This document shows, in pieces, positions 38,357-51,450 of a DNA stretch of 64,000 bases. Source of the stretch: Heteronotia binoei. Taxonomy: Eukaryota. The position numbers were made by a program, and so were the translations under genes. The first letter of the stretch is position 1. Each line of letters opens with the position of its first letter. The notes beneath the pieces are model-generated. The model worked only from the letters and a program-made list of their open reading frames with translations. It was not told the origin of the DNA and made no database searches. The DNA lies in assembly GCF_032191835.1 (NCBI RefSeq), contig NC_083230.1, positions 93,124,001 through 93,188,000 of the forward strand, given 5' to 3'.

Positions 38357-39344
38357 CATTAAAGAGAGGAGAAGTAGGTGGGCAGAGGGATTTAGCAGAG
38401 GAAGAACGTACACTAATTCTATTTTATATGGCTTAGTTTCAATATGGAAGGAAGTTAGTATCAAAAGTGTACTTAAAGGTAGGTTTTAAGGAAGTGAAAA
38501 AGGTGTTATTACACAAGTATTCTAGAAGGCAGTTGCAGCATGGGAGAAAAAGGTGGAGTTGTTTGAGGGAACATTGTTTGGATAAAGATGATGGAGGTGG
38601 TAAAGAAGAGAAGAAAGGCTTTGAAGGATGAGGAGTCTAAGCTGGGTCTGGGACAGATCCAAAGCCCATGTAGGGAAAGGTGTGGTATGATCCATACAAC
38701 AGAGGTGATTTATTTGGGCAGAATGAAGACTTTCCTTCTCCACCCCCCCTCCCCAATATGTGTACCAAGTACTGGTGGTAACTGTGATTGGGGCCAGACT
38801 GGCAGCTTGGGCCACACAGGAGGTGTCCCAAATTGGGCCAGCTCAAAATGGAGCTGTGAAAGCCCATCCACATGCTCCCCTGCAAAGTACCCATATCCCA
38901 CACAGGAGGCACTGTGGTGTGGTCAGACAGCTGTAGCGCACCATCCCCTCAGCTTGGTTTGGATTTCTTTCTTCCCCATTCGTTTCAGTGGTCATGTGCA
39001 TATGTGCCCATGCACCTATGTGCTTGGAAGCAATTTTTTTTAAAGTCAGAAGTGGCTTGGGATGGGTGGTGGGTTCACACTCCCAACCCACCTCGCTTGC
39101 ATGCTCCAGCATTCAGACACCAGAAAGGCAGATGGCGTGTGGCGCAAAAATTTGCTACCACTTTGGAAGTGATAGCTTTTTGAGCTGTCTCAGACACCTA
39201 AGTACGGGGTGAGTACAGGGGTGGGATGGGAGGCATATGTGCTTGTTTGTATTTTTTTTTATCCGTCTGGGAGCCATCCCTGTGCCGGCTTAAAGTGCAG
39301 GTCTGGACCAAACCTATAAGTACGCCATCAAACAATACCTAATA

Positions 39345-39500
39345 TAGGTTATTATTTATTTATTTTATTTATTATTTATTTCTGTCGATTTATAGGCCGC
39401 CCTATCCCATGATGGGCTGAGGGTGGGTTCCAACACAATAAAACAATCCAGCCAGCAATAAAACAGAATAAAACAATTAAAAACAGATTAAAATTTAAAC
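39345..39500 (-). mobile_element. L2 3'-tail fragment
   Basis: TAAA tail plus tttataggccgccctatccc...gggctgagggtgg terminus. Confidence 0.65.
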
Positions 39501-39939
39501 TAAAATTTAAACAGGTTAAGCCATTGAACTTAATGTTGATTTCAGTGCGGCATAGAATGGTGTGGACACATCAGTTAATACAGCTTTGGTGTCAAGAATA
39601 TCAGCTATATTGGCCCGACTTAAGTAACAGTGCAGTTGGTAGAATTCCAGGTGTATATCTCTGATCCAAGGAATATTGACTCACTTTATGTTTGGTCTAA
39701 AGACCAAACAATAAACAAACAAGACAGAAACTATTACATGAAGCTGCCTTACACTGAATCAAACCATTATCCATCTAGGTCAGTACTGCCTATCCAGAGT
39801 GGCCATGGCACCCCAAACAGCATTCTAGGTCTTGCATATCACCTGCTACCTTGTCCTTTTACCTGGAGATGCTTCCATTGAACCTGGGACCATCAGTATG
39901 TGATGAGGATGTTCTTTCACTGAGCAATGGCCCCTCCTA

Positions 39940-40105
39940 ACTTTTTTTGAGCAGGAACACACAGGAATGCAGTTCTGGCTGGCTTCGCATCAAGAGGTGT
40001 GGCCTAAAATGCTGGGCTTTTTCTACCAAAAAACCCTGTGTGGAACAATGGTGATGTCAGGGGTGTGGCCTAATGTGCAAATGAGTTCCTGCTGGGCTTT
40101 TTCTA
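39940..40105. mobile_element. hAT-type MITE (CAGGGCTTTTTT family), with an internal partial duplication
   Basis: ttttttgagcaggaacacacagg...ggggtgtggcctaatgtgcaaatgagttcctgctgggc. Confidence 0.7.
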
Positions 40106-42169
40106 CCCTGATTATATCCAACTTTATTTTAGATACTGCTTCCCTTTTTTTTGGTGCTAACTTGGGCCTGTTTCAAATGTTACCAGGCCCGAGTCCTTTC
40201 CCATGGTAAAGAAGCAACGCATGTACCTGCCACTCTACTTCTCACCTCCTGTAATGTGAGGGCAACACAAACAGTTTCTTTTACCTGACTTTCCATTCTG
40301 CTTTCATAAGTTTTAGAAAATCCTCAAGAATCAGGTCCACCCTGTGGCTCTTTACCACAAACCTGATTGACTTGGTTTACAAAATGATGGCTTTATGAGA
40401 AAAACAAACAGCAAGTTGAAGGTGAATTAATAGGAACCATGAGGAAACTACAAGCTGGAGGATACCAAGAGGGAAAGGGCCTGGCATTCTTCACTCCTGA
40501 TGTAAATAAAATTACATTAGTGATTTTGAAACAAGGGTGTTTTCTAAAGAAATGCAAATCTAGTTCGCTCAGCCAAATGTGAGTTGAATAGGATGCCAAA
40601 CAGGTGGTTGTGTCCTAAGAGCTTGGCTCAAAGATAGGGTTCAAATGGCTAAGCAGGAGGTGAGCTAGATAGTACAAAATTATTAAGCAAAGGTGCTTGT
40701 TAGCAGTGATAACTAACAAGAGGTCAGTGGGGAGCTAGAGAATCCATGAAGGTTTGGACAGGACAGGACGTACTCTAGCATGTTTCAACATTAAGTGAGG
40801 GGCTTCTCCCGTACTAGGAAGAAAACTCACAATAACCATATTGTTGCTGCTAAATCTTCATCCAGTACAATGTCTGACATGAAAGCTAACAATCTGAACC
40901 CATAAATTAAGAATGCCTGCTCTATAAAACAGCGCTGTAATTACTGCCAGCTTCAGCACTGAAATATTAGCAGTATGTTTGTACTCCCGAATGCTGCATT
41001 TTTACAACATATCAGTTTGGATGATATTCTAAATCTTTGCCAGATGTGACAGAGTGACTGAGGAACACTGCAGTCCAGAGCTAGCTTATCCTTAGCTCAC
41101 CCCTCTCTTCTCTTTTTGCTCCCCCTCCCAGAGTGAAGAGAAAAGGTTTGCCTACTGATATTTCAAGATAAATATTAATGTTTAAAGCTCTACCTACTGC
41201 CCTTACATTAAAAATCAGTATTAGATTTTTGAAATCCTGATACTAAGAACATAAAATCTTTCCTAAGTCCGATTATCAGCACAAAAGACCTAATGTCATG
41301 ACGTCACCATGGGAAAATGGGAGGATAATCTCTCACTCTCATTGCTGTATTATTGAGGAATAACCAGTATTTCCACTGAATACACTTCTCAGCTCGTGCA
41401 TATATTTAATTAGGGTTGACTTGGAAGTGGAACTCTATGCAGATGAAGTTACCATTTGTATAAGCAACGTCTCTTAATTTCAGTAAAATGTCTTGTCTTC
41501 CTACTGTACTGCAATAGTTTCCAAGCATTTTAAAATATTCAACAAGCCTCTGTTGGTGATTTCCCCCAGTTCCAACTGTTAGCTTTGCAACTGTTGTGTA
41601 TGTGGACTAAGGTTGTATATAAGTAATGGTGTTTCTGCCTGGCTCATTGGAGCCTGCATGACTGAGCTTGGGGACTTAGGAACAATGGACAGTAGGATCC
41701 AAATTCCTGCTGCCCTGCTCCAAACATGGGCCCTCTGCTAGTTAGAATGATCCAATAGCGTCCCAGCGTGGGAACCTTGAAGTGTATATAGTTGGCCTTG
41801 TTGGCCCAGTTAGCCATTCTTTGAGTTCAGCCATTAACATGCTCTACTTAGTAAAAGAGCTATAATCACTACATCAGCGTCTTCTCCTTGCAATGAACCC
41901 ACTATATTATAGCAACTTTCTCCAGCATGAAGCTGGAGAGGGGCAGGGGACACAAATGCAAGACTGATAAGGCTATGTTAATCACTGGTACCAGATTATC
42001 ACTAGTAACAACTACTAGAGCTGTGCACAAAGCTTTTAGTAAGACCCAAAATCTGAATCTTTGAATTTATTTTTTAAAAGTTCACATGAATCACATCACT
42101 GATCCATCAAGGTAAGTATTGTTCACTTGGACTGGCAGCAGCTGCCCTATGTCTTAGGCAGAGATCTTT

Positions 42170-42810
42170 GCAGGGTTCAAGGAGGATAGAGGGCAAACTG
42201 CTAGGAGTGAACACACACAACCTTTCTGGAGAAACAAGGTCACAGTTCATTTATTACTACAAACAAAGCAGCCATGGTGAAGCATGGGAATGAGTTGTAG
42301 CATCAGGCAACCTGCCTTCTGTCTGACAAACCTGCCTCCTGGGGTATTGACCATGGAGTGGCAGGATACCAGGACATATGTGGGCACCAACCTCTACATG
42401 GTCCCCCTGCCATCTGGGGTGGAAGCTGGCCAACAGCCTCTGCCTGGGTCTGTGGCTGAATGTGCCCCAGGACCCCATAGCCCCTTCCAAAAATGGGAGA
42501 GGTGTGCATGGCCTACCCTCCAAAAGGACCCATCCCAATGCCCCAACTACAAAGCTGCAAGAGTGAAGTCAATTACATTATAATCACGTAGCCAAAAAAA
42601 TACTAGAGAGGGAGGGTGGGCAAGCCGCTGCAGAGAACAAAGAGGCTCAGTGTGGGGGCGTTTACATAGCCCCCCATGGGCTCTCAGCCCTTCCCTGTGC
42701 TGTGCCTTGTGACTTGATGCGGCAAGTCACCAAAGACCCGGCCCATGCTCCACCCTGCCTAAGAGCACCCTGCCTCCCTCCAGCCTCCCCCATCACCTGA
42801 CCCACAAACT
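42170..42810 (-). mobile_element. Possible solo LTR
   Basis: GC-richer block of about 640 bp starting TGTGGG on the minus strand, with AATAAA near its 3' end; no TSD confirmed. Confidence 0.3.
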
Positions 42811-43078
42811 ATGGCAGATGTAAGTCTCAGGCCACGCTTCTCATCGTCTGTTGCTTCTCATCATGCCTGAGTGTTATGGATATTATATATTTCCAAGATT
42901 CTGGTGAATTACAGATTACACTATTTTTCTAGCCAGATATAAATTTTGTTTTGCTTATCAGCATCATTTTGTCAAGCTTTTATTGCTGGAAGTTCTTAAG
43001 GTAATGAAAAGGGTAGTATAAAAGTCACCCAAAACCTAAAATTTATTCTCAGTGACCTGCTGTTGGAGTGCTAGAGGG

Positions 43079-43269
43079 CAGTGTTCCCTCTAAACTGACT
43101 TAGTGAGCTAGCTCACAGTTTTTTAGCCTCTGGCTCACACATTTCTAGCTTGACTTGGAAAAAATGGTCCCAGAGCAAATTAATTTATGCAGTAGCTCAC
43201 AACTTAATGCCAGTAGCTCATGAAGTAGAATTTTTGCTCACAAGACTCCACTGCTTAGAAGGAGTATTG
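43079..43269. mobile_element. hAT MITE (CAGTGTTCCCTCTAA termini)
   Basis: 8-bp TSD ctagaggg/ctagaagg. Confidence 0.75.
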
Positions 43270-43881
43270 CTAGAAGGACAAACAAAAATTCAAAAATTAC
43301 AACAGACAATAGCTCCAGATGCCTCAATACCCTCGTTTTATTAATAAATGTTAAGGCATCCAATGAGGTTTAGTAAAAATCCGGCTTGAGAAACTGACAT
43401 ATGAAAAAGTAGCACTGATGGCATGATTTTAAAGTGCTGTACTTACTTTGCCAAAGGTCTTCTCTACATACTTGAAGATGTAGAGACAATGTAGATATCT
43501 ATACTAATGAATTGCTTTGTAAGTTAATTTGCATTTACATATTGGCCACAAAAGCACTGGCCACAATTCTAAATAAAACTGGAGAAAGTTTAGCTTTCTT
43601 ATAACAGTATAAACTGGAGAAAGTTTAACTTCCTTCAATCAGCACATATTCTCCACAGTCTAGCAGTTCCAAGATGTTTGAGAAGTCTCTGGAGTGCAAA
43701 CAGCTCACTCCATTATTTCCATAAGCCTGTGAACGCTCATGGGATGCAAGAGAGATTTTATATAATACATTAATACATGAAGATACCTTATAATGAATCA
43801 GACTATTGGTCTATCAAAGTTAGTGTTGTCTACTCAGACTGGCAGCAGCTCTCTGGGGTCCAGGTACAGGTCTTTCATATC

Positions 43882-44060
43882 CAGGACTTTTTTTGTAGCA
43901 GGAACTCCTTTACATATTAGGCCACACACCCCTGATGTAGCCAATCCTCCAAGAGCTTACAGGGCTCGTAGTACAGGGCCTACTATAAGCTCCAGAAGGA
44001 TTGGCTACATTGGGGAGGTATGGCCTAATATGCAAAGGAGTCCAATTAAAAAAAAAACCC
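43882..44060. mobile_element. Palindromic hAT-type MITE (same subfamily as 59008-59178)
   Basis: catattaggccacacacccctgatgtagccaatcctcc...ggattggctacat...ggcctaatatgcaaaggag. Confidence 0.75.
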
Positions 44061-44074
44061 CCAACCCCTGTTTG

Positions 44075-44746
44075 TATAGACCCCAAGTCCAATTCAAGAA
44101 ATATTTGGGGACTTTGGGGTGGAGCCAGGAGACTTTGGGGGTGGAGCCAGGAGCAAGGGTGTGACAAGCATAACTGAACTCCAAGGGGAGTTCTAGCCAT
44201 CACATTTAAAGGGACAGCACACCTTTTTAAATGTCTTCCTTCCATAGGAAATAATGAAGGATAGGGGCACCTTCTTTTGGGGCTCATAGAATTGGACCCC
44301 CTGGTCCAATCGTTTTGAAACTTGGGGAGTACTTTGGGGAGAGGCACTAGATACTATACTGAAAATTTGGTGCCTCTACCTCAAAAAAACAGCTCCCCCA
44401 GAGCCCCTGAAACCTCCAGATCAATTCCCCATTATACCCTATGAGAATCGATCTCCACATAGGGAATAATAAAATGCTCAGCAGATGTTTCCCTCCCTCC
44501 CTGTCTGGCAACTCTGAAGCAAGGGCTTGGCCTCTCTACTCACGAGTTGCTGCCAACTTCTTCAAAGTAACACAGACACACCATCCCAAGAGGAAGCCTT
44601 TCAATCGGAGACTGAAGCCTCCGGAGGTGCAAACACACATGGTCCTCTGGGGGCGGGGCTTCCCCCGCCGGCCAACTGACTGGGGGCGGGAAGGAGCCTG
44701 GGAAAGCGGAAGAACTCCAGCTGGGACCTGGGGATTGGCAAGCCTA
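44075..44746. mobile_element. Long TAGGGTTGCCA-family element, opposite orientation to 34276, with about 230 bp extra
   Basis: Reverse complement of the 34276-34765 body; right terminus ggattggcaagccta. Confidence 0.75.
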
Positions 44747-45305
44747 TGTTCGTATCTTACCCAATCCGTTTAGCTTGAAATGCTGGGGACTGAACCTGAG
44801 ACTTAGTACATGCAAAGCAAATTCTCTACCACTGATCCCTAGGTAAATGGTTGGAGCATAGAACATGAGAGCAGCCCTGCTGATACAATGGTCTATCTGG
44901 TCAAGAATCCTCTTTACCTCAATGCCAAGCAGATGCTCCAAAAGGCCCACAAGCAAAGGCAAAGAGGCCATAGCCTCCCCTGTTGTTGCCTTAGTAACTA
45001 GCCTTAAGAGGCATAGTATCTTTAAACACAGAGTTTTTCTTTAGCCATCATAGCTAATAGCAATCTTCTGTGAATTTGTCTAATCCCTTTTAACAGTTTC
45101 CTGTGCTGGTGTCCTTCCCTACATTCTGGGGCAAAGCACTTCTTCTTCCTGAATCTACTGCTACCAATTTCCTTGAATTCCCAACATTTCCCTTATTTGG
45201 GGAGTAGGGGAATTATCTTTCTCAGTACCGTACACAATTTGATAAACCTCTGTAGCCCTCCCCTTGATCATTTTTTTCTTCAATCAAAAACTTAAAACTC
45301 TACAG

Positions 45306-45441
45306 CAGGGGTGGCCAACAGTAGCTCTCCGAATGTTTTTTGCCTACAACTTCCATCAGCCCCAGCCAGCATGGCCAATGGCTGGGGCTGATGGGAGTTG
45401 TAGGCAAAAAACATCTGGAGAACTACTGTTGGCCACCCCTG
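45306..45441. mobile_element. 136-bp hairpin hAT MITE (Charlie/URR1-like)
   Basis: TIRs caggggtggccaacagtag / ctactgttggccacccctg; exact 8-bp TSD ctctacag. Confidence 0.9.
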
Positions 45442-45528
45442 CTCTACAGGCTGTCTTCAAAGGAAAGGTGCTCTAACCTGTAGGTAATTTTGGCTGCCCT
45501 TTTCTACACTTGGATCATATACATTGTG

Positions 45529-45744
45529 TAGGGTTGCCAGCCTATGTGGGACCTGGAGATCTCCCATTTTTACAACTGATCTCCAGCTGGCAGAGATCAG
45601 CTCCCCTGGAGAAAATGGCTGCTTTGCAGTTTGGGCTCTGTGGCATTGTACCATGTTGAGGCCCCTCCGCTACCCAAACCCCACCCTTTCCAGAATCCAC
45701 CCCAAAATCTCCAGATATTTTCCAACACAGACCTGGCAACCTTA
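45529..45744. mobile_element. Short TAGGGTTGCCA-family MITE
   Basis: tagggttgccag...ctggcaacctta. Confidence 0.75.
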
Positions 45745-46334
45745 ACCCCCAGTGTAGGGTATGTGTAGAAACATTACCCAAAATGTCTTTCAGCAAAATC
45801 TCCCATGGTTTTCATCAGGAGTAGCAAATATGTTATTAAGAATGTTTGCTCCCCAAAATGAGCATCACTTTACTCTTAGTTACATTGAACCTATTTTTTA
45901 ATTTTTTAAAAAATCACAATATTTATAGCCCACCGTTCTCATTGAGAATCAAGGCAGATTACACAAAGTAAGTCAGGGCATGAGACATCTGATAAGCAAA
46001 GTAGTAGGACTAGGATTGAAATAATATTAAATGATTTCCTAACAATGCTCCCCAAATAGTGAATTACATAAGTAAAAATAATGCAGTGATAGCAAGATTA
46101 CACTAAACAGATATAGGCAATAGTGGAGCCCACAGCCCCAGCCACTTTTTAAAGCACCTTCTTGAACCATTGAATTATAATATAGCACTGTTGGCTTTAT
46201 TCTGTTGTACTTAGTTTGTGGAATGCCAGAAGTGTGAGGGGCTTCCTAACTTTCTCAGGCATATCATTGCACAAAGTGGAGACCACAACCCGAAATGCAT
46301 GCATATGGGCAGTTGTTGATCTTGCACATTTGGC

Positions 46335-48426
46335 AAGGGGGTGCAAAACAAAAAAACTGAGGGGGGAATTGGATTCAGGGTATTCAGAGCTTAAAAATGT
46401 GGGGGGCTGAATATCTCCTAATAGCAGATTCGATAGCTGAATCTGATTTCAGGAGATATTTAGCTACTCTTGAATATATGGCCCTATTATACCCTAAGGG
46501 CCATTGAAGTCAATGGCAAAACATAGGGTAATGTATGGTCGGGATAGGGGGGTTGAGGGAGAGGCCCCAAATTTGCAGGGCAGCTGCAGGAGCCTCTCCT
46601 CCACATAACCCCTGAGTTCCAAAAAGATTGGACCAGGGGGTCCAATTCTAGGGGCACCCAAAGAGGATGCCACCATTCCTCATGCTTTCCTATGGCAGGG
46701 GGAAAAGGTGTCCGTTTCTCCATGGTGGGAAAATTGACACTGAGGAGGAGGGGGCTTGAGGGAGTGGCACCAAATTTGCTGTGTAGCTGCAGGAAGTAGA
46801 AAAAATACTAGGCAAAAAAAAATGGTTTATACACAGTGAATGTGAAAACTAAACCACATCAACAATTCATATACACAAAATATTGCAAATTCACAATATT
46901 GACTCCAACCAAAAGTCATTCCACCATGCTGCTCTACTGCCAAGAAGCGAATTCCACGATGATTTAAAGAGCAATCACTCTATTTCTTCATTCTCTTCGC
47001 TTGCATGGGGTAAATGGCGACTGGGTGCACAGTTTCTTACAACAGATGATAATTTACAATGTTTTCCCCAAGATTTATTCGGGATTTGTATCCCGCCCTT
47101 CCCACGAGTGGCTCAGGGCGGCTTCCAACAATAACAATTTAACAATTTAAATATAAACAATTAAATACTTCACATTTAAACATTAAAACCAATACATTTC
47201 AATTCATAAAAACAATGCAGCTTAAAACCAATAACATATCATTTTATATAAACAGATGGCAGGCCAGTTACGTCAGGTTCCATCCCGGCTAGGTGTAGGC
47301 TAGCCGGAAGAGGGTCGTCTTACAGGCCCTGCGGAATTGAGCCAAGTCCCGCAGGGCCCTCACCTCTTCCGGCAGCTGATTCCACCAAGTGGGGGCCATA
47401 ACGGAGAAAGCCCTATCTCGAGTGACTTTCAGGCGGGCTTCTTTTGGCCCGGGGATACTAGCACAACGGTGAACCAGTAAACAGTCCATTTCCCACAAAT
47501 GCTTCATCTGGCGCATAAACACTGAATGGGACTAAATTTCCAGTGATACAATCGCATTGATTTTTTTCGAATCAAATCTACAAAGCTGGCATCTCTGACC
47601 GCTCAGAGATCATTATAGGAGACAATGAGGAAGGGAGGGCAACCACTTTGGGGTCCCCATAGAATGGGAACCCCTGGTCTAATCTTTTTTGGAACTTCAG
47701 GGTTCCTTGGAGGACAGGCTCCCGCAGCTACACAGCAAATGTGATGCCTCTCCCTCAATCCCCCTCCTCCCCAGTGTCAATTTTCCTACCATGAGGAAAC
47801 TGACACCTTTTTCCCCTGCCTTAGGAAAGCATGGGGAACGGGGGCACCTTCTTTGGGTGTACTTACAATTGGACTCCCTGGTCCAATCTTTTTGGAACTC
47901 AGGGGTTCTGTGGGAGGAAGGTTCCTCCAGCTTCCCTGCAAATTTGGGGTCTCTCCCTCAACCCCCCTACTCCTCAGAGCCCATACATTACCCTGTGTTT
48001 TGCCGTTGACTTCAATGGCCCATAGGGAACAATGGTGAAATGAGGGCACCCTCTTTCCCTAGAACTGGACCTCCTAGTCCACTGTTTTTGAAACTTGAAG
48101 GTTCTGTGGAGGAGGAGGCTCTGGCAGCTGTCCTGCAAATTTGGAGCCTCTACCTCAAACCTCCTCCCACCCAGCAATTACCAATTTACCCTATTTTGCC
48201 ATTGACTGCAATGGCCCATAGAATATAATGGGATTAAATAGCTGCCCAATTTCAGTGGCTATTGGGGAACTGCTGTATTTGGCAGCTGATTCAGCTGTAT
48301 ATGGTCTGTATGAATCAGAGTCTGTATGAATCAGACTCTGATTCAGCTGTATATGGCCCATATATATCCTAAGTGGCTGTTTTTCAGGGTTGTATTCAGT
48401 TCTGCCGAACCGAATGCACACCCCTA
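46335..48426. mobile_element. About 2.1-kb non-autonomous hAT-like element with long internal inverted arms, inserted in an old L2
   Basis: Right terminus ccgaaccgaatgcacaccccta and degenerate left terminus aagggggtgca; 46487-46795 is an inverted copy of about 47718-48030; L2-like sequence lies on both flanks. Confidence 0.65.
47075..47470 (-). mobile_element. L2 3' end inserted in the large hAT-like element
   Basis: ORF 47289..47522 (GPKEARLKVTRDRAFSVMAPTWWNQLP...LFRLAY). Confidence 0.85.
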
Positions 48427-48689
48427 CCTGAGGGATGCCCTGGTCAGATGAGTGACGCTGTCATGACAGGGAAGAGGAGGAGGGGCAGTCCTGCAGATAG
48501 GAGGGTCCAAGGCCATGAAAGGCTTTGTATGTGATAACCAATACCTTGAATTGAATCTGGTAGTTGAATTGAACCTGGCCAATGGAATGACTACATAATG
48601 AGTATAATATGCATACTTCATTTTTGCTGTATTGCTGTTACCCAGTTATTAAAGAGCTGGTTCTCTACCCAAACAACCAGTTTGGTGTA

Positions 48690-48975
48690 GTTTGTGAGCC
48701 AGTTTGGTGTAGTGGTTAAGTGTGCAGACTTTTAACTGGGAGAACCAGGTATGATTCCCCACTCCTCCACTTGCACCTGCTGGAATGGCCTTGAGTCAGT
48801 CATAGCTTTCACAGGAGTTGCTTTCACAGGGCAGCTGCTGTAAGAGCTCTCTCAGTCCCACTTACATCACAGGGTGTCTGTTGTGGCAGGGGTGGGGGGA
48901 GATAAAGGAGATTGTGATTGCTCTGAGATTTAGCATATAGGACAGGATATAAATCCAATATTTTCTTCTTCTTCT
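48690..48975 (+). mobile_element. Squam3-like SINE with a partly duplicated head
   Basis: gagccagtttggtgtagtggttaag head and tcttcttcttc tail. Confidence 0.85.
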
Positions 48976-49931
48976 AAAATCTGTCTATTCTTCTGGAGGG
49001 GGCAATTTCTATCTTAGTATGAGGTGAAATGGTTAATACCCCTGGCCTAGTTGTGTAAGAGAATTTTATGTTTCCTTCAGGTTTCAACAGACTGTGTAAA
49101 CTGAACAGAAATCCCATCTCAGTCTTAATTGTTGCAAGACAACTGACTTAGTAGGCATTAGCCATAGGCACAAGTGGTTCCCAATTAGCATAGGCCTGTA
49201 GTAAAGTAGACTAATAACGTATTCACCTCCAAGCAAGCCTTCAGTGATAACAATCCTGACCCAAACCATAGGCTTTCATAGCTGCCTTTTAATGTTAAAA
49301 TATATGTTAGGAGATCTGATCAGAGATCCCCCACGTAACATGTATGGGTAGTTTAATACTCAATAGTCCAAATGAAATGTGCTTGTGCTGAATGCTATCA
49401 AAACCACCAAAGGGCCCTCTCTCAGAAGAACGGTAGATGCTCTACATCTCTGTTAACGAAGTCCTTCACCTTTAAGGATGGCAGAGGTGGTGATAGACAA
49501 AAATGACTCAAAACAGTCAAGAACAACACGGGTAGTGACCTCTTCTCTAAACAGTACAGTGAAAACTCATAGATTAATGGGGGCATAGCCACTGAAGTGC
49601 CAAGGCTGATTACACAATAAATCCTAGCTTTATACATTACGAACTTTATTACCCTTTTTTCTCAGTCAGCAATGTTTTACAGTGATCACTTTCCGCTTAT
49701 TGAGCTAAATTATTCTTAATAGCAACTTCATAATATTATGATTTAAGTAACATAATGAAGGCATGTTGCAATGATATTAAAAACAAGATCATTATAATTA
49801 AGGGGAAAATATACTATTGAAGTCAGACATTCATATGATCCCATGTAATGTTAAGTAAAATTTGAACAAACTTAAATGTTGGTTCTGAAATATGTCTTTG
49901 AAAAGTTCTACTTAACACAATTTGCAAGACC

Positions 49932-50100
49932 CAGGGGTGGCTCTGCCACTAGGCAAACTAGGTGATTGCCTAGGGCGCCAGCCTTCTAAGGGTACCAAAT
50001 TGGGCACCTCCCATGTGACTTTATCAGTTGGGGCTTTATCAGTGGGGGGCACCAGAATTTAGCCTTGGCTAGGGTGCCAGACAGTCTAGGGCCAGCCCTG
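49932..50100. mobile_element. hAT (Tip100-like) MITE
   Basis: caggggtggc...gccagccctg; 8-bp TSD gcaagacc/gcaaaacc. Confidence 0.7.
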
Positions 50101-50690
50101 GCAAAACCTTAGTAAAAAAAGGTGTCTTCCTGACACAACAGTGGATGAGGTCTGCCCATGGTGGACCTAATTTTCCTATAAAACAGAATAAAAAGGAACT
50201 GAGGAGTAAGATTGCCACATGGGAATTTACTGGGGATATTCATCTGTTTGACTCTGGACCAAAGGTCTAGAATATAGTCGCTGCCACTGGTTAGGTTTCT
50301 TCTTTGTACACTGCACACACATGATGTACATGTTGTGGACATGCAAGGACATGCAAAAACAGTGATGGGCTCATAGCCATGCAGACAACAATTACATGAA
50401 TCCATGACCCATGTTGGAGCTGTACACAGAGCTACCATGACATGTGTGACCACAGTGGTGCTTTCTCAAGCATCTGTGATCATCCAGTGATCCTGTGTAT
50501 AACCTCTACATGGAATTACAGATTCATAAAATCTGCATGCATCTCCTTGCAAGCCATGATGCCCCAAGCAATCATGTCAGGCCACTGATCATCTCACCTG
50601 GGCTACAGACAGATTATGTGCCTGTCCTTTACCTTCCAGAGCTTGTTAGGAGTGTTGTTTTATTCTTGAGAAGGATAATTCATAAACTAT

Positions 50691-51450
50691 GATCTTTTTC
50701 ACACAGCCTAAGTATTCCGGTATGCCAGCTGGTCAGTTACTGATCAGTAACGGGTTTCTGCTGGCATTTCAGACAGACCCGATTCAGTAACTGGCTGCTA
50801 CCGGAATACTCTCACCTTTTCACACAGTCCCGCGGCTGTCCCGGTAGTGAGGCATGCCTGAGTCGTTACTAACAAAGAGCAGCTTCTTCCACTTTTCAAC
50901 CCCTTCTTCCGGGTTGAAATCGCTATGGGATGCTATGTGAAATGTCCAGTATCTAACCCGGGAGCAGTTTTCGCGCTCTTTTTCGCCCCCCGGCGCCCGC
51001 GATCTCCGGCTTTTTTGGGGGGGGGGAACGTCGGGCTAAGATCGCTATAGCGCTATAGTGACGTATCACAACAGCATCACCATAGGGATGTCTGGGCTCC
51101 ATTAAGATGCCAGATATTGCCGCCGCTGAAACCTGGTAACTTATCTCAATAGAGCCTAGCCATCTCTATGGTGTTGCTGTTGTGATACATCGCTATAGCG
51201 CTATAGCGATCTTTGCCCGATGTTCCAAAAAAAAAAAAAAAGCTGGAGATCGTGAGCCGGCAGGCGAAAACAGCTGGTGCTGGTGGAAGCGAGATAAGAG
51301 CGGAACAGTGTGAAATGGCTCGCTTCAATCACGGAACCCTATTGGGGAAAAAAACATGTGTCTGAAAACTCCCATCCCTGTCTCGGATTACTGCAAGGCG
51401 GCACAATACCGACTCCCTTCCGGCTTCCACTGGTAAGTGTGAAAAGGGCC
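50691..51450. mobile_element. PIF/Harbinger-like non-autonomous element with an internal palindrome
   Basis: Termini gatctttttcacac / gtgtgaaaagggcc; 3-bp TSD tat; internal inverted repeat at about 51000-51100 versus 51160-51270; CpG-rich. Confidence 0.7.

Noticed and set aside
38522-39212. Cluster of overlapping 60-150 aa ORFs on both strands (similar clusters at 9659-10006, 47689-48228 and 55955-56346)
   Set aside because: These are stop-poor GC-rich repeat sequences, with no coherent domain and no splice structure.
47640-48360. Repeated units as a CRISPR-like array
   Set aside because: The units are long degenerate transposon modules without constant repeats and unique spacers; the context is eukaryotic with no cas genes.
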